The translations under genes and the position numbers were made by a program. Below the pieces are notes generated by a model. It was not told where the DNA came from. It ran no database searches and saw only the letters and a program-made list of their open reading frames with translations. From Chiloscyllium plagiosum (lineage: Eukaryota): 64,000 nt of DNA. Location of the stretch: positions 54,405,378-54,469,377 of the forward strand of contig NC_057728.1 of NCBI RefSeq assembly GCF_004010195.1, written 5' to 3'. Shown here piece after piece: positions 61,705 to 64,000 of the stretch; the first letter of the stretch is position 1; each line of letters opens with the position of its first letter.

Positions 61705-62495
61705 TGTCATAGAGTTGTACAGTACGGAAACAGATCCTTTGGTCCAACTTGTCCATGCCAAACACATTTCCTAAATAATCTGGTCCCATTTGCCAGCATT
61801 TGACCCTCTAAAATCTTCCTATTCAGGTACCCTTCCAAATGACTTTTAAATATTGTAATTATACCAACCCCCGCCACTTCCTCTGGCAGCTTATTCCATA
61901 CATGTGCCACCCTCTCTGTAAAACATTTGCCCCTTAGGTCCCTTTTAAATCTTTCCCCTCTCACCTTAAACTTATGCCCTCTAGTTTGAGACTCTCCTAC
62001 CCTGGGAAAAAGACCTTGGCTATTCACCCTATCCTCATGGAGGGGGATATTAATTGGTCACACTGACCAATGTAGACAAGCATACCAAATGCCTTCTTCA
62101 CTGCCCTATCTACCTGCGATTCCATATTCAAGGAACTATGAATTTGCACCCTAAGGTCGCTTTGCTTGGCAACAATCCCCAGGGCCCTACTATTAAGTGC
62201 ATAAGTCCTGTCCTGATTTGCCTTAACAAAATGAAACACCTCATATTTATCTAAATTGTATTCCATCTGCCATTCCACGGCCCATCAGCTCATGTGATCA
62301 AAGTCCCATTGTCCTCTGAGGTAATCTTCTTCATTGTCCAATACACCACCAATTTTGGTATCTTCTGCAAGCTTACTGACCATTCCTCCTATATTCACAT
62401 CTAAATCATTTATACTAATGACAAAAAGCATCGATCGTTGTGGAACATCGCTGGCCACAAGCCTTCAGTCCAAAAAACAACCTTCCACCACCATC
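61705..62495 (-). mobile_element. HER1/CR1 fragment with internal deletion
   Basis: EWQMEYNLDKYEVFHF..SQVDRAVKKAFGML; RGHKFKVRGERFKRDLRG. Confidence 0.88.
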
Positions 62496-63544
62496 CTCTG
62501 TTTCCTATCCTGTTTTAAATGATTGGTGCATGTTTTGGAAAGCAATTTACCTGACCGTTATGGCAAGTATCATATAAACAGCTGGTTGACCAAGCAGTAA
62601 TTGAAGTTTGGATTACAGATGAACTGGAACCAAAGAGTGGAACCTGTTGCTCTCAAAGGCTGTGGAGTTAAGTCATTGAGTGCATTTAGGACAGAGATAT
62701 ATAGGTTCTTCATTAGTAAAGGGATCAAGGGCTACAGATAGAAGGCAGGAGAATGGATTTCAGACATAGATCAGCCATGATTAAATGGTAGAGAAGATTT
62801 GATGAGCTGAATGGCCTAATTCTGCTTCCATATCTTATGGTCTTATGGTTGTGTGCAGATGAACCTGCGTAGCAACAAGACATTTATTGGTCTATGGACT
62901 AGCGATTAGTTATTGATGACAAAGGTCATTTGTCTATTAACAGCCATGATTGGTTCGCAAATAACTGAACAGCTTAGGACTGGGAACCAGACTGCAAGTA
63001 TGATTGGATTTCCATTAGCTCAGGAGCTGTTTCTCTGTTCTCTGCAGTCAAAACACATTTTAAACCTGAAAAAAAACTAGTTTGTCTCTCATTCAGCAGT
63101 TTCTGCTGTAAACTTTGACTCTAATTGATCAGCCAGAGAGCAGTGACCAGTGAACCAATCACCTTGAATATCTTATAAACCAGTAGAAGCATCTAGAAAA
63201 AGATAACTGGAAATCAAATTAAAGCATGCATGTATAATAGGATCAGCATTTTAATATACACTGACAGTTTATAAATGCTACTCATTGTGATAACAAACCC
63301 CGCTTTCTCACCATCCTTTGGGTAAAGAAGCTTCTCTTGAATTCTCTATTGGATTTACTTCTGATGATTTTGTCTTTTTGGCTATGAATTTGATACTCAA
63401 ACCAGCTCTCCCCAACCCTCTCACACACAATACCACCACCACTCAAAAAAGAAAGAAAATGTACTCTCTGGTTTGAACTTTAAGGAACTCATCAGGTAAT
63501 ATCATTTCAACTTTTCTCCTTTTTAAACCTTTGCACCCTTTTAT

Positions 63545-63880
63545 GGGTGGCACAGTGGCTTAGTGGTTAGCACAGCTGCTGCACAGTGCTGGGGACCTGG
63601 GTTTGATCACAGCCTGTCTGTGTGGAGTTTGCATATTCTTCCTGTGTCTGCATGGGTTTCCTCTGGGTGCTCTTGTTTCCTCCCTCAGTCCGAAGATGTG
63701 CAGGTTAGTTGAATTGACTGTGTTAAATTGCTCATAGTGTTCAGGGATGTGTAGGTTTGGGGCATTAGTCAAGGGTTAACATGTTAGGGGAATAGGGCTG
63801 GGTGGATTACTCTTCGGAGGGTTGGTGTGGACTTGTTGGGCTGAAAGGCCCATTCCCACGCTGTAGCGATTCTAATTCTA
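63545..63880 (+). mobile_element. HE1-type SINE, full length
   Basis: GGGTGGCACAGTGGCTTAGTGGTTAGCAC head and CR1-like tail. Confidence 0.88.
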
Positions 63881-64000
63881 AAGAACCTTAGACTTGTCAA
63901 TCTTTTGTTATAATCATTTACTTCACTTAGTGTCATCTTGCTGTGTGTGGATTGGTTTCATGTCATGGGTCACTCATTGATGAAGAAAGTACTCTGGGAC

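Noticed and set aside
62500..63230. Multiple ATTGG/CCAAT boxes as a promoter
   Set aside because: No downstream exon or defined termini; could equally be an old LTR, so it cannot be supported

Overview
Repeat-dense vertebrate intergenic or deep-intronic DNA. It is almost certainly from a cartilaginous fish (shark), inferred from abundant HE1-type tRNA-derived V-SINEs and their partner HER1/CR1 LINE tails. I could not recognise any intact host protein-coding gene; every ORF I could assign is a retroelement remnant or its antisense shadow. Contents: many 5'-truncated CR1/HER1 LINEs, an L1 3' end, an RTE tail, L2/CR1-group fragments, three SINE families, several Penelope-like elements (PLEs) with RT and/or GIY-YIG remnants, a solo LTR, a fossil Gypsy integrase, a Tigger-like MITE, three N gaps, and several AT-rich repeat-free islands resembling conserved non-coding enhancers. 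The most notable signal is a set of about 20 short PLE terminal-repeat (pLTR) insertions from at least four sequence families. Many carry minimal type-I hammerhead ribozyme cores (CTGANGA-stem-GAAA-NTH), 13 have 10-16 bp target-site duplications (TSDs), several are fold-back (inverted) structures, and one brackets a 188-bp copy of nearby genomic DNA. Hammerheads in PLE termini are established; the local details are read from the sequence. All calls were made by eye, and boundaries of old repeats are approximate.
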